Shown: positions 39,501 to 49,887, counted from the stretch's first letter. The stretch: DNA of 64,000 bases from Candidatus Aminicenantes bacterium (GCA_030669305.1 DAOVDU010000001.1:14812-78811), one strand, 5' to 3'. Translations and numbers: made by a program. Notes: a model not told the origin generated them from the sequence alone.

Positions 39501-42393
39501 AATATGCATACGACGATGGACATATCGTCTTAAAATCGCAGAAGCTGCAGTTGTGCCAATCAGGCTTGGCTCTATAATCTTGGCTGCGAATCCCTGCCTC
39601 AGCCTTCATAATATTTTCCATGGCTTTTTCCAGATTTTTTCCCCCCTTTTGTGCATGGCCGATAATATCCGATTCCAAGAAATGAAGCTGTGTCTCGATC
39701 AGAGGGACCTCAAAGGTCTTAATAAAAGAGAGGGCATACAAATCCATTTGTAGGCTATCTCTCGTTTTTTTATCAGCTTCCTTTTGTTCTTTAACCTCTG
39801 TTGCTTTAAAATCAATGACAACCGCCCCTTTATCCCTATAATCAATCCTATCCCACCTGCCGATGAATTTTGCTCCATCAAACTGCCACTTGAAATTTTT
39901 TTCAAGGAAATGGGGAAGAATACCTGAAGATTCTTGCCTGTTGTAAAAGAGAGAAAGAGCCTTCTCCCCAGCCTTTTTTCTCATTTCTTCATGTTCACGA
40001 CTCAGAAACCCTTCATTAACCCAGCAGCTCTCATACTTTTTTAAAAATTCTTCCTTTGATACCCTTTCACCTGAAATCCTTTTTCTCAAGTAATAATGGA
40101 TTGCGTTATGGAGAATTCGACCAAAAACAATGTTGTGATGGGGAAGAACAGGAATCCGCATAATATGTCTGAATTTATATTTGAGAGGACATGTTAGATA
40201 ATCATTCACCTGGAAATAGCTAAGAGTCAAAATTTTTTTCTCTTCTATTTTAGGAGAAACTAAAGGTTGAGAACTGCGAGGAGCATATCTTTTAATTTCT
40301 TCTAAAGCCGAAGTCCGAAGTACATCATCGGGCATTACAGGAAGATCCAAAGCTTCTAGCACAAAAGGACTAACTTTTTTCAACCTTTTTAGACCGAAAT
40401 CCCTTGCACATGTCAAATATAGGTGTTTTTTAGCTCTCGTCATTCCAACATAAAAAAGACGCCTTTCCTCCTGGAGATAATTATCTCTTTCTGGTAGGCT
40501 CTCCTTTAAAATCTCATCAGGGACAGGAATTTTCTCTTTCCTCCATCGCCCTGGGAACCTATCTGCTATAAGACTCACCATGAATACAACGGGAAACTCC
40601 AGCCCTTTTGCCTTATGGACTGTGAGCACATTAACCGCATCTTCCTCCAATTCTGCCTCTGCAGTGGCAGGATTATCCCCTACTTGTTGAAGAAGATCCA
40701 GATGCTGGGCAAAGGAATAAACAGAGTCATCATCGGTCAATTCAGAAAAATTTTTTACCTTATCAAAGAAAATGCGGATGTTTTTTATCTTTAGCTCAGC
40801 TTGAAGGCTCCTCTGTTCAACAAGGGATTTTAAATAACCCGTCCTTTCAAGGAAAGAATACATAACACTGCCTGCATTCTGGGAGCTTGCCAGTTTGACA
40901 AAATAGAGCAAATCCTGAAAAATCTTCTTAACATTTGCCTCTGAAGGAGCAGAAATCTCTACAGGGGTGTGTCCCTCATTAATATTCTTGAATACTTTAT
41001 GTAAAGTAAGGTTTTTTTTATGCGAATAATTGGAGATGGCAGTCAAGTCATAAGGATCCGCTCTATAAATTTCAGAAAGAGCCAGGTAAAAGAGGCTTTT
41101 ACTATCTTCAAAATCAGTCAGAGCTTTTATAAAAGAGACAAGGGCTTTTACTTCTTCTTGAGAATACAGGCCCCGGCTTCCTGAGAATCTGAATGGGATC
41201 CCTTTCATATTCAAGGTTCTGAGGAAAGGGTCTGCATCTGCGTTACGCCTGACCAGAATAGCGATGTCTCTATAATGATATTCTTCTCGAAGCTTTTCCA
41301 AAATGATTTCAGCGACTTTATCAGCTTCATGGGAAAGAGTATCAAACGGAAGCATATGGATACTTTTTCCTTCGCTTTCTACCGAGGATTTAAGTGTTTT
41401 ATTTATTTCTTCTTGGACTTCTAAACGGTTGGGGTTATTTTGCTGGATCAGTAAATAAGCAGAATCGAGAATTGCTTGAGTAGATCGATAATTTTTGTTT
41501 AAAATGACTTTTTTATAATTAGGGTAAACTTTCCGAAAATTTTGGATATTGGTTAAGGAGGCACCTCTAAAACGAAAAATGCTCTGGTCGTCGTCCCCAA
41601 CAACCGTTAAATTATTATGTTTCGCAGCCAGAAGTTTAAGCAACTCGAACTGGATATAGTTTGTATCTTGGAATTCATCCACAAGAATGAATTTATATTT
41701 TTCCTGAAATGTATTAAGAACAGAAGACCTTTTCCTAAAAAGATCAACTACCAACACAACCTGGTCTTCAAAATCAATTTTCCCTTCTTTTCTCAGCTGC
41801 TCCTGATATTTTAAATAAACTTGAGCAATTTCCAGATGTTTGAGAGCCCATTCCTTTTCTACTTCATCCGAAGCCTTCTTATCAAGATTCCGAGAAAACT
41901 TTAGATATTCCTCTGGCTTTATATCTTCCTGTTTTAATCTTTTAATAACAGCCAGGAAATCCTGGATGTATCTTGTTGGCGAACTCAAGGGACGATAAAA
42001 TTTCAAAGGAAACTGGAAGAGATTCTCTCTGAAAAAAATTGCCTGCTCTACATCATCCAGAAGCTTAAAATCCGCAGAATAACCCAGTTCGAGTCCATAG
42101 TTCCTTAACACTCTTTCTCCAAATGAATTAAAGGTGCTGATTTCGACAAATGAGTAGCTGTAAGGGATTAAGAGATCAACCCTTTCCTCCATTTCATTTG
42201 CTGCTTTTTCAGTAAAGGTAACAGCAAGAATCTCTTCAGGTTTGGCTAATTTTGAGGCAATAAGATAGGCTATGCGATGAGTGATGACTTTTGTCTTTCC
42301 GGTTCCTGATCCAGCAATGATGATAAGAGGGCCCTCTCTATGAATAACAGCTTTCTTCTGTTCATCATTGAGGTCTCTTAATAAATGATGCAT
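39499..42393 (-). CDS. UvrD/PcrA-family SF1 helicase fused to a C-terminal Cas4/AddB-like PD-(D/E)xK Fe-S nuclease domain
   Basis: N-terminal AGSGTGKTKVITHRIAYLI Walker A and the usual helicase motifs. C-terminal YLTCPLKYKF...GRWDRIDY...VIDFKATE...DLYALSF...CSFCDFKTICP nuclease motifs. Confidence 0.8.
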   Translation of the reverse strand: MHHLLRDLNDEQKKAVIHREGPLIIIAGSGTGKTKVITHRIAYLIASKLAKPEEILAVTFTEKAANEMEERVDLLIPYSYSFVEISTFNSFGERVLRNYGLELGYSADFKLLDDVEQAIFFRENLFQFPLKFYRPLSSPTRYIQDFLAVIKRLKQEDIKPEEYLKFSRNLDKKASDEVEKEWALKHLEIAQVYLKYQEQLRKEGKIDFEDQVVLVVDLFRKRSSVLNTFQEKYKFILVDEFQDTNYIQFELLKLLAAKHNNLTVVGDDDQSIFRFRGASLTNIQNFRKVYPNYKKVILNKNYRSTQAILDSAYLLIQQNNPNRLEVQEEINKTLKSSVESEGKSIHMLPFDTLSHEADKVAEIILEKLREEYHYRDIAILVRRNADADPFLRTLNMKGIPFRFSGSRGLYSQEEVKALVSFIKALTDFEDSKSLFYLALSEIYRADPYDLTAISNYSHKKNLTLHKVFKNINEGHTPVEISAPSEANVKKIFQDLLYFVKLASSQNAGSVMYSFLERTGYLKSLVEQRSLQAELKIKNIRIFFDKVKNFSELTDDDSVYSFAQHLDLLQQVGDNPATAEAELEEDAVNVLTVHKAKGLEFPVVFMVSLIADRFPGRWRKEKIPVPDEILKESLPERDNYLQEERRLFYVGMTRAKKHLYLTCARDFGLKRLKKVSPFVLEALDLPVMPDDVLRTSALEEIKRYAPRSSQPLVSPKIEEKKILTLSYFQVNDYLTCPLKYKFRHIMRIPVLPHHNIVFGRILHNAIHYYLRKRISGERVSKEEFLKKYESCWVNEGFLSREHEEMRKKAGEKALSLFYNRQESSGILPHFLEKNFKWQFDGAKFIGRWDRIDYRDKGAVVIDFKATEVKEQKEADKKTRDSLQMDLYALSFIKTFEVPLIETQLHFLESDIIGHAQKGGKNLEKAMENIMKAEAGIRSQDYRAKPDWHNCSFCDFKTICPSSYAY

Positions 42394-42404
42394 ATCTTCC
42401 TGTA

Positions 42405-42532
42405 CGAAACAAATCCAAATGACCGAAACTTATATTAGTTTAATGTTAAAGGTTTAATGTTTAAAGAATAATACTAAATGAAAAATATAAATACTTTAAA
42501 CTTTAAACCTTAAACTGATCCATTTGGAATTT
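42405..42532. mobile_element. MITE-like element, copy 4
   Basis: ACAAATCCAAATGACCGAAAC...GTTTAATGTTAAAGGTTTAATGTTTAAAGAATAATACTAAATGAAAAATATAAATACTTTAAACTTTAAACCTTAAACTGATCCATTTGGAATTTTC. Confidence 0.5.
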
Positions 42533-42606
42533 TCTTAACATCTTGTGGAACTGAGATTTAATTATTGCTGTTAATTTAAATTTAACGACACAATCAGTAT
42601 ATAGCT

Positions 42607-42909
42607 TTATTTTTTGATTATAACTTTCTCATCTGGCTTCATCAGCCAGAGCTTTTCCCGGGCTTTCTTTTCGACCGCCTTAGGATTCTTCTCTAGTTCC
42701 TCTATGTCTCTCCTCAGTTTCATTTCCTTATGCTTAAGTCTTTCTATTTCTTGAATCAAGGCTTCCTTCTTTCTCTCAGTTCTGTATATTTCAATCAATC
42801 CCCGTTTTCCAAAGAGAGAAGCTATTAGCAAAACAAAAAACAGAAATACTATACTTGCCATTAAAATTTTTTTCCTGAAGGACAAATTGTTTTTCTCTTT
42901 TTTTGCCAT
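42607..42909 (-). CDS. ftsB: septum formation initiator FtsB/DivIC-like
   Basis: 100 aa. N-terminal TM then a coiled coil (EALIQEIERLKHKEMKLRRDIEELEKNP). Confidence 0.6.
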   Translation of the reverse strand: MAKKEKNNLSFRKKILMASIVFLFFVLLIASLFGKRGLIEIYRTERKKEALIQEIERLKHKEMKLRRDIEELEKNPKAVEKKAREKLWLMKPDEKVIIKK

Positions 42910-44309
42910 TAAGAAACCAACTCCAATCCAGATCTCATGAGCCTTTCCAGTTCTTTCTTGGAACCAGCTTCAGCATAGCAGCGGATGATAGGTTCTGTTC
43001 CTGAAAATCTGAGGAGAAACCAGTCGTCATCAGAAAAATCAAATTTGATTCCGTCTATGGTTTCAATATTAATGATTTTTCTGCCGTCAAGCTTAGACGG
43101 AGGGTTTTTTATCAATTTTCGCAGTTTTTTCTCTCTTTCAGGTTTAAAAGGGATGCTCTTCTGTTTTCCAACTCTTTTTCCGTATTTGCTAAACATATCA
43201 TCTATCTGCTCTGAAAGGCCTTTCGCCAAAGCAGCCACCATCTCTGCAACCAGTAACCCAGCCATAATGCCATCCTTTTCTGGAAGATGATCTTTTATGG
43301 CTAAACAAGCACTTTCTTCCCCCCCAAATATTATTTTTTTCTTTAAGAATAGATCAGCTAAATATTTAAATCCCACTGGAGTTTTAAACAATGGAAGGTC
43401 ATATCTGCGGGCGATTCGGTCTATTAAGTGAGTTGTGGCGACTGAGCGTGCAACTCCTCCTCTCCAATTTTTCTTTGAGACAAGATAGTCTAATAACAAA
43501 GACAGGATTAAATTCTGAATAATAAAATTCCCTTTATCATCGACAATTCCAAAACGATCCCCATCAGCATCTGTAGCGATCCCAAGGTGGCATTTCTTCT
43601 CTTTAACCAGCGTCTTTAGCTCCCCTAGATTCTCTTCAGTGCAAGAAGGCGTAATCCCGCCAAAATATGGATCGATGTAGCCATGAATCTCTTCTACAGG
43701 AATATGATTTTCTTCCAGAATTTCATCCAGATATTCCCGGCTTGTACCGTACAGAAGGTCGACTGCAATTTTAATCTTTGATTTCCGGATGAGATCAAAA
43801 TCTATTTTGTCCTGGATATAGGAAAGATAATCGTGCTGAAGATCAATTTTTTCAATAAATTCAACCTTTGGATAATAGGAACAAAAAGAATAATCTTTCA
43901 TCAATAACTTTATTTCTTCTTCTATTTTATCTGTCTCTTCTGGAAGTGCAGGAGCGCCGGTCTCTGTATTGAATTTTAGCCCGTTATATTCAGGGGGATT
44001 GAAAGAAGCAGTAAAATTAATGCCTGCCTGAGCGTTTCTCCTTATCACCTGGTAAGCCTGAGCCTGAGATGGAGCATCTCTATCTGACAGAAAGACGTGA
44101 ATCTGATTGTGGGAGAAAATCTTCGCACCTTCAAGAGCAAACCTCTCTGAAAGAAAACGGGTATCATAATTCATAATGACTGAAATCCGGTCCCCGGGAA
44201 ATCTTTTCTTGAGATAATTTGCTACTGCTTGAATTACTATTCTAACATTCTGAAAAGTGAATTCTTCCCCCATTACGGCTCGCCATCCCGAAGTGCCAAA
44301 TTTAATCAT
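42909..44309 (-). CDS. alpha-D-phosphohexomutase (phosphoglucomutase/phosphomannomutase family)
   Basis: KFGTSGWR, Mg-binding DADGDRFG and Ser loop FTASFNPPEYNG. Note F where the consensus TASHNP has H. Confidence 0.8.
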   Translation of the reverse strand: MIKFGTSGWRAVMGEEFTFQNVRIVIQAVANYLKKRFPGDRISVIMNYDTRFLSERFALEGAKIFSHNQIHVFLSDRDAPSQAQAYQVIRRNAQAGINFTASFNPPEYNGLKFNTETGAPALPEETDKIEEEIKLLMKDYSFCSYYPKVEFIEKIDLQHDYLSYIQDKIDFDLIRKSKIKIAVDLLYGTSREYLDEILEENHIPVEEIHGYIDPYFGGITPSCTEENLGELKTLVKEKKCHLGIATDADGDRFGIVDDKGNFIIQNLILSLLLDYLVSKKNWRGGVARSVATTHLIDRIARRYDLPLFKTPVGFKYLADLFLKKKIIFGGEESACLAIKDHLPEKDGIMAGLLVAEMVAALAKGLSEQIDDMFSKYGKRVGKQKSIPFKPEREKKLRKLIKNPPSKLDGRKIINIETIDGIKFDFSDDDWFLLRFSGTEPIIRCYAEAGSKKELERLMRSGLELVS

Positions 44310-44466
44310 ATCTATTTTATTTAATAATTAACATAACACTCAGGGAAAAGCAATAAATTTCGGTCTGTTCCGTCTGTTCCGATCCCGAGTATTTTCTGAT
44401 TATGACCCACACAAAATAGATAAGAACCTTTAAATTTAACTATTATTTGCAAATGAAGTAATATAG

Positions 44467-46905
44467 ATGGCAGTGGAAAAACTAAGAGTCCGCTCTCTTG
44501 TGGGAATATTCTTAATCTCATCAGCAACCCTTTGTCTGGAAATATCTCTTACAAGATATTTCTCGATTTCTCAACAGTACCACTTTGCATTCTTAGTGGT
44601 CAGTATAGCTTTCCTGGGATTTGGAGCCAGTGGATCTTTTTTATCTTTCTTTAAAAAACTTCACCAAATGGACCGAGACAAATTCCTGTCTTTTACTTCC
44701 TTTCTCTTTTCTATTACTATTCTTCTGAGTTTTCTTCTCTGTAATTCTATTCCTTTCGATTTCATCAAGCTTTCCTGGGATAAAAATCAAGTTTTTTTTA
44801 TCATCCTCTATTATTTCCTCCTCAGCATGCCTTTCTTCTTTGCTGGTATGACAATTTCTTTTGCTATAACCAGGGCTTCAAGCCTTGTTAACAAGATTTA
44901 TTTCTCTGATCTTCTGGGAGCAGGAACTGGCACTCTGCTTGCCATTTTTATATTCTTGCCCAAGGGAGACAAGGGCGTTATCCTCATTATTTCCTTTTTG
45001 GCTCTTGTTTCTTCTTTCCTCTTCTATACCAGGAGGTCATTCATTTTTAAATCTCTCCTGGCTTGTTTCATGGCAGCAGAAATAATTCTCTTTTTTGCCT
45101 CGCCCTCCTGGTTAAGCTTCAGGATATCTCCCTTCAAAGCCCTTCCTTTAGCCTTAAAATATCCACAGGCAAAACATCATCTCACAAAATGGAATGCTGT
45201 ATCACGAATAGATATTCTCGAGTCTCCTGCAGTAAGATATGCACCGGGTTTAAGCCTGCTGTATAACAAAAATCTCCCTCCCCAGCTCGGCTTATCCATT
45301 GATGGAAGTGAACTTACTGCTGTTACCGCCTTTAAAGATTCAAAGGACCCATCCCTGGAATTTTTCTCCTTCCTTCCCTCTTCCCTTTCCTATGCTTTCA
45401 AGGAAGAACCGCATGTGCTTATCATCGAACCCAAAGGGGGATTGGACGTTCTTGCGGCCCTTGCTTTCAAAGCCTCTCAAATCAAGGTCATTGAGAGCAA
45501 CCCCGGCATCGTTAAAATTCTTAGCGAGGAACTCTCTTCCTTTTCTGGCAAACTCTACAATAAAGAAAACATAGATATTGTATCTTCATACAGCCGGGCG
45601 GCTTTAAAAAGAGAAAAAGAATACTTTGATCTCATTGTATTTTCCCTGGCAGATATCTTTGGCTCATCCGGAACAGGCATGTATGGATTCGGGGAAAATT
45701 ATCTTTATACACTCGAGTCTTTTGTCAACATTTTAAACAGATTAACTCCTGAAGGAGTGGTCAGCATGAGTTTATACTTGCTCCCCCCTCCCCGTCAGGA
45801 AATAAGAATCCTGGCAACATGGATCGAAGCCTTAGAAAGGAGCGAAAAAGATCCCGCTTCCCATCTCATGGCTATCAGAAGCTGGGGGACAATAAGTTAT
45901 TTTGTTAAAAATAGCCCTTTCTCCAAAAAGGAAATCCAAAAGCTCAAAGATTTTGCTGACAAATGCCTCTTTGATCTTGTTTTCTATCCTGGCATAAAAG
46001 CCGATGAAGTAAACATCCACAATGAATTTGACAAGCCTCTATATTATAATTATGCAATTCAGCTTCTTTCGTCTTCAAAGAGAAAAGAGTTCTACAAAGA
46101 TTATCTATTCCAGGTAAAGCCTGTATCAGACAACCGGCCGTTTTTCTTCAACTTCTTCAAGCTTAATAAAATTAAAGATACTTACACAGCTCTCAGTCAA
46201 AAGTGGCTGCCATTTCTTCAAGGAGAATTTCTAGTGCCGGTTCTTTTCATCCAAGCCATCATCATAGCTTTTATACTGATACTGCTGCCGCTTTTTGTTT
46301 TTCGAAGGAGCAAAAGAAGCAGGAAAGATGTTTCTCTGAAAGTCTTTTTCTATTTCAGCCTGATCGGAATGGCATTTATGTTTGTGGAAATAACTTTTAT
46401 ACAAAAATTCATACTTTTTTTGGGCCATCCTTTATACTCCACCTCTGTCATCATTTTTTCTCTTCTCTTTTCCTCAGGATGGGGAAGTCTTTTCTCTAAG
46501 AAAATTCTAGGCCATAATTTAAAAAAGAATCTTAGGGTAAGCCTTGTTTTTTGCGTGGGGCTTATTGCTGCTTATCTTCTTATTTTCCCAGTCTTTTATG
46601 AAAAGTTTATAGGCCTCAATCTCTCTTTAAAAATTTTCCTGACTTTTTTGTTTATTTTTCCCCTCGGGTTCATGATGGGATTTCCTTTTCCTTCTGGAAT
46701 TCGAATGCTGGAGAAAAAAGAAAAGAGGCTTATTCCTTGGGCATGGGCAACCAATGCCTTTTCATCTGTAATTAACTCGATACTCGCGCTTATGATTGCA
46801 TTTTGGGGAGGATACAATATTGTCCTGATCCTGGCCGCCGGAGGCTATTTGCTTACGATTCCTTTTCTCGGCTTCTCCTGTCATAGGAACAAAACGGACA
46901 CCTGA
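44467..46905 (+). CDS. polytopic membrane protein with central spermidine-synthase-like (class I MTase-fold) domain
   Basis: About 7 N-terminal TMs. Central [34 protein letters not shown] resembles aminopropyltransferase folds. About 8 C-terminal TMs. Confidence 0.55.
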   Translation: MAVEKLRVRSLVGIFLISSATLCLEISLTRYFSISQQYHFAFLVVSIAFLGFGASGSFLSFFKKLHQMDRDKFLSFTSFLFSITILLSFLLCNSIPFDFIKLSWDKNQVFFIILYYFLLSMPFFFAGMTISFAITRASSLVNKIYFSDLLGAGTGTLLAIFIFLPKGDKGVILIISFLALVSSFLFYTRRSFIFKSLLACFMAAEIILFFASPSWLSFRISPFKALPLALKYPQAKHHLTKWNAVSRIDILESPAVRYAPGLSLLYNKNLPPQLGLSIDGSELTAVTAFKDSKDPSLEFFSFLPSSLSYAFKEEPHVLIIEPKGGLDVLAALAFKASQIKVIESNPGIVKILSEELSSFSGKLYNKENIDIVSSYSRAALKREKEYFDLIVFSLADIFGSSGTGMYGFGENYLYTLESFVNILNRLTPEGVVSMSLYLLPPPRQEIRILATWIEALERSEKDPASHLMAIRSWGTISYFVKNSPFSKKEIQKLKDFADKCLFDLVFYPGIKADEVNIHNEFDKPLYYNYAIQLLSSSKRKEFYKDYLFQVKPVSDNRPFFFNFFKLNKIKDTYTALSQKWLPFLQGEFLVPVLFIQAIIIAFILILLPLFVFRRSKRSRKDVSLKVFFYFSLIGMAFMFVEITFIQKFILFLGHPLYSTSVIIFSLLFSSGWGSLFSKKILGHNLKKNLRVSLVFCVGLIAAYLLIFPVFYEKFIGLNLSLKIFLTFLFIFPLGFMMGFPFPSGIRMLEKKEKRLIPWAWATNAFSSVINSILALMIAFWGGYNIVLILAAGGYLLTIPFLGFSCHRNKTDT

Positions 46906-47586
46906 GATGTGTTTAACCTTTGGTTTCCCTTTAGTTTTGGTTATAAGAGTTAGAGTTTGAAAATAAAGCGTGCTCCCGAGAGGAATGATAAGCCTTCCTC
47001 CCTCCTTTAACTGATCTAAAAGAGGTGAAGGAACATGATTTGCTGCACAGGTGACAATAATGGCATCAAAAGGGGCAAATTCCTCCCAACCAAAATAGCC
47101 ATCTTCCCATTTCACACACACCTGATTGTAACTCAATCTTTCCAGCGTCTCTGATGCTTTCTTTGCCAAATTCTCTCTTATCTCAATCGAATAAACTTTA
47201 TCTGTCAGATGAGCAAGCACTGCAGCCTGGTAACCTGAACCAGTCCCGATCTCTAAAACTTTCTCTCCCTTTTTCAACTTAAGATATTGGGTCATAAGAG
47301 CTACTATATAGGGCTGGGAAATTGTCTGCCCCTCTTCAATTGGCAGAGGATAATCCTCGTAAGCTTGGCTGCGGTGTCGTTTGCTGACAAAAAGATGACG
47401 GGGAACTTTCCCCATCGTATCAAGCACGTTTCTGTCAGTTATATCTCGAGCAGCAAGCTGCCTCTGGACCATTTCTTTCCTCAGCCGTGTGTAAACTTCA
47501 TCCTCTCCTCCAAAGCACAAAAGATAAACAAACGCTAAAACTCCTGAAAGAGCAAAAATGATTACAAAAAATTTCCCTTTTTTCAT
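46762..47586 (-). CDS. pcm: protein-L-isoaspartate O-methyltransferase with N-terminal TM anchor
   Basis: [21 protein letters not shown] motif and PCMT-like flanks. The 3' end overlaps the convergent 812-aa gene by about 143 nt, so the exact stop is uncertain. Confidence 0.75.
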   Translation of the reverse strand: MKKGKFFVIIFALSGVLAFVYLLCFGGEDEVYTRLRKEMVQRQLAARDITDRNVLDTMGKVPRHLFVSKRHRSQAYEDYPLPIEEGQTISQPYIVALMTQYLKLKKGEKVLEIGTGSGYQAAVLAHLTDKVYSIEIRENLAKKASETLERLSYNQVCVKWEDGYFGWEEFAPFDAIIVTCAANHVPSPLLDQLKEGGRLIIPLGSTLYFQTLTLITKTKGKPKVKHISGVRFVPMTGEAEKRNRKQIASGGQDQDNIVSSPKCNHKREYRVNYR

Positions 47587-47631
47587 TTTCCTTATTCTCG
47601 CCCAAAAGAGAACTTAAATCAATCCCCTTCA

Positions 47632-47930
47632 TCGGTTAATCGGTTAATCTGTTAGTCTGTTAGTCAGTTGATCTGTTAAATATTCTAATTAGGCTCATCT
47701 CCAAAAGATTTGGTAGGATCATAAGGGGTCAAGGGGTCAGGGGTTCGAGTGACGTGCTGAAAAGTTACAAAGAGCAGAACGTTTGGCAAAAGTCCTATGA
47801 TTTTTGAAAGGTTCGAACCCTTTGCATCAACTAATCAGGAGAAAAATCTTTAATTAAAATAACTGACTAACTGATTAACTGACTAACAGACTAACAGACT
47901 AACAGATTAACTGATTAACTGATTAACTGA
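47632..47930. repeat. octamer-array hairpin element split by a ~180-bp insert (left array 47632-47680, right inverted array 47861-47930)
   Basis: Left array ends ...AAATATTCTAATTA. The right array begins after ...TTAATTAAAATA. So the palindromic AT core is interrupted by 47681-47860. Confidence 0.6.
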
Positions 47931-48280
47931 ATTGATGAGATTGTCACGCTTCGCTCGCAACAGAGGATTGCCACTCTTTCTTCGAAAGCTTGCAATGACA
48001 CCCCTTTTGCCTATCTTGCCTGTCTTGCTGTCTACTCTTTAGGGGTGAATAGAATATTGTGAAACTTCCCCCCTAAAATCCTCCTCCCCGGTGATTGACA
48101 ACCAAATTGGGATAGATATATAAAAGAAAAGAAGATAATAGAAAGATGGTAAAATATTTTTCTTTCTTGAGGAGGTCAATTACCATAATATTGGAGCAAA
48201 AAAAAATTTTTTAGTTTGACAAAACATTTTTTATTTGATATTTAATTACCAACCCAGGTGAATAAACTAATAACATATAC

Positions 48281-48766
48281 ATGAAGAATAAAGCTGTTTA
48301 TCCTGGCTCATTTGATCCTATAACTAACGGACATGTTGATATAATTCAAAGAGGGTTGGAAATTTTCGATAAAATATTGATTTCGGTTTTAAAAAATCCC
48401 AAAAAGGAACTACTTTTTTCGACTAAAGAAAGAGTAGATATGATTCAGACCATTTTTTCTAGTCAAGAGAAGGTCGAAGTAAAGGCTTTCGATGGTCTCC
48501 TTGTTGATTTCGCAAAAAAAAACAATGCCAAAATAATCATAAGAGGCCTAAGAGCCATCTCCGATTTTGAGTATGAATTTCAGATGACTTTAATGAACAG
48601 AAAACTTGATCCTGAAATTGAAACATTTTTTTTGATGCCCAATGTCAATTATTCTTTCCTCAGCTCAAAGTTGGTTAAGGAAGTCTCCATGTTGGGAGGT
48701 TGTCTCCAAGGCTTGGTTCCCATGGAAGTAGAAAAAAAACTGAAGAAAAAATTTAAAATAAATTGA
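48281..48766 (+). CDS. coaD: phosphopantetheine adenylyltransferase
   Basis: KAVYPGSFDPITNGHVDII nucleotidyltransferase motif. 161 aa. Confidence 0.9.
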   Translation: MKNKAVYPGSFDPITNGHVDIIQRGLEIFDKILISVLKNPKKELLFSTKERVDMIQTIFSSQEKVEVKAFDGLLVDFAKKNNAKIIIRGLRAISDFEYEFQMTLMNRKLDPEIETFFLMPNVNYSFLSSKLVKEVSMLGGCLQGLVPMEVEKKLKKKFKIN

Positions 48767-48804
48767 AAATTAACTTTATCTTATTATAATAAAAGAGGAA
48801 AAGA

Positions 48805-49884
48805 ATGTTCGGATTCAACAGAGAAAAAGAATTGCTTGGGTTAGACATTGGTTCTTACTCTATTAAGGCTGTCGAACTTAAGTCAAAAAAAAAGGAAATA
48901 GAAGAGCTCTACGAAGTCAAAAAAATTGGATATGAACTGCTTCCCCATGATGCAATAGTAGAGGGAACAATTATCGATTCTGCTGCTGTAGTTGAAACAA
49001 TAAAAATGATTTTTGATGAAAATAAGATTTCAAATAAGAATATTACCATTGGTATTTCAGGAAATGCAGTGATTATCAAAAAAATATCACTTCCCTCTAT
49101 GGAAACAGAAGAATTGGCCGAATCCATTATTTGGGAAGCCAAGCATAACATTCCCTATCCCTATGAAGAAACAAATGTTGATTATGCCATTCTAAAACCA
49201 TCTCAATATCCAGAGGAAACAAACCTTGATATTCTTCTTGTGGCAGCAAAAAAGGACAAGATTGCAAACTATAGTAGCGCAATCAATCAGGCCCGCAAGA
49301 ATTTGGAAGTAATTGACGTGGATGTTTTCGCCCTCCAAAATGCTCTGGAAGTAAACTATCCAGAGATCTTTAATGAAAAAACAATTGCTATAATTAATCT
49401 TGGAGCAAACATAACAAATGTCATCATAATCGAAAAGGGAATTCCTCAACTCTTCCGAGATTTATCCCTCGGAGGCTCCTTTTTTACAGAAAACATGAGC
49501 AAGGATTTAGGCATCAGCTTCGACGATGCTGAAAAGTTGCTTAAGGGCCTTCCGGTCAAAGATATTGAACCAGAACGGTTTCAGACAATCCTGAATATGA
49601 ATGTACAAAATATCATCGAAGAACTTGAAAAGACTTTTTCTTTCTACGAAGCTGGAGAAAAAAAAGAGAGGAAAATCGAACTCATTTTCCTTAGCGGTGG
49701 ACTTTCCAAATTGAAAGACTTATCAAGCAATTTTGAACAAAAGTTCAAAATTAAGACAGATATTTTTAACCCGTTCCGGAGAATTTATTTTGATGAAAGG
49801 AAATTCGATAGCATTTATTTGGAAGAAATGGCTGCTCTTTTCGGAGTGGCCACAGGGCTAGCGATAAGAAAAGTGGAAAAATAG
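48805..49884 (+). CDS. pilM: type IV pilus assembly protein PilM
   Basis: Actin-like ATPase fold beginning LGLDIGSYSIKAVEL. First gene of a pilMNOPQ-like operon. Confidence 0.8.
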   Translation: MFGFNREKELLGLDIGSYSIKAVELKSKKKEIEELYEVKKIGYELLPHDAIVEGTIIDSAAVVETIKMIFDENKISNKNITIGISGNAVIIKKISLPSMETEELAESIIWEAKHNIPYPYEETNVDYAILKPSQYPEETNLDILLVAAKKDKIANYSSAINQARKNLEVIDVDVFALQNALEVNYPEIFNEKTIAIINLGANITNVIIIEKGIPQLFRDLSLGGSFFTENMSKDLGISFDDAEKLLKGLPVKDIEPERFQTILNMNVQNIIEELEKTFSFYEAGEKKERKIELIFLSGGLSKLKDLSSNFEQKFKIKTDIFNPFRRIYFDERKFDSIYLEEMAALFGVATGLAIRKVEK

Positions 49885-49887
49885 ACA

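Noticed and set aside
44340-44400. GTCTGTTCCGTCTGTTCC upstream of the 812-aa gene resembles the octamer unit.
   Set aside because: There are only two degenerate units, which is not enough to call it an array.
47741-47835. I looked for a tRNA gene around GGGGTTCGAGT and GGTTCGAACCC.
   Set aside because: I could not build an acceptor stem, D-arm or anticodon arm around either T-arm-like motif. GGTTCGAACC is self-complementary, so it is a palindrome rather than a true T-stem-loop pair. I left it as an unexplained insert for tool-based checking.
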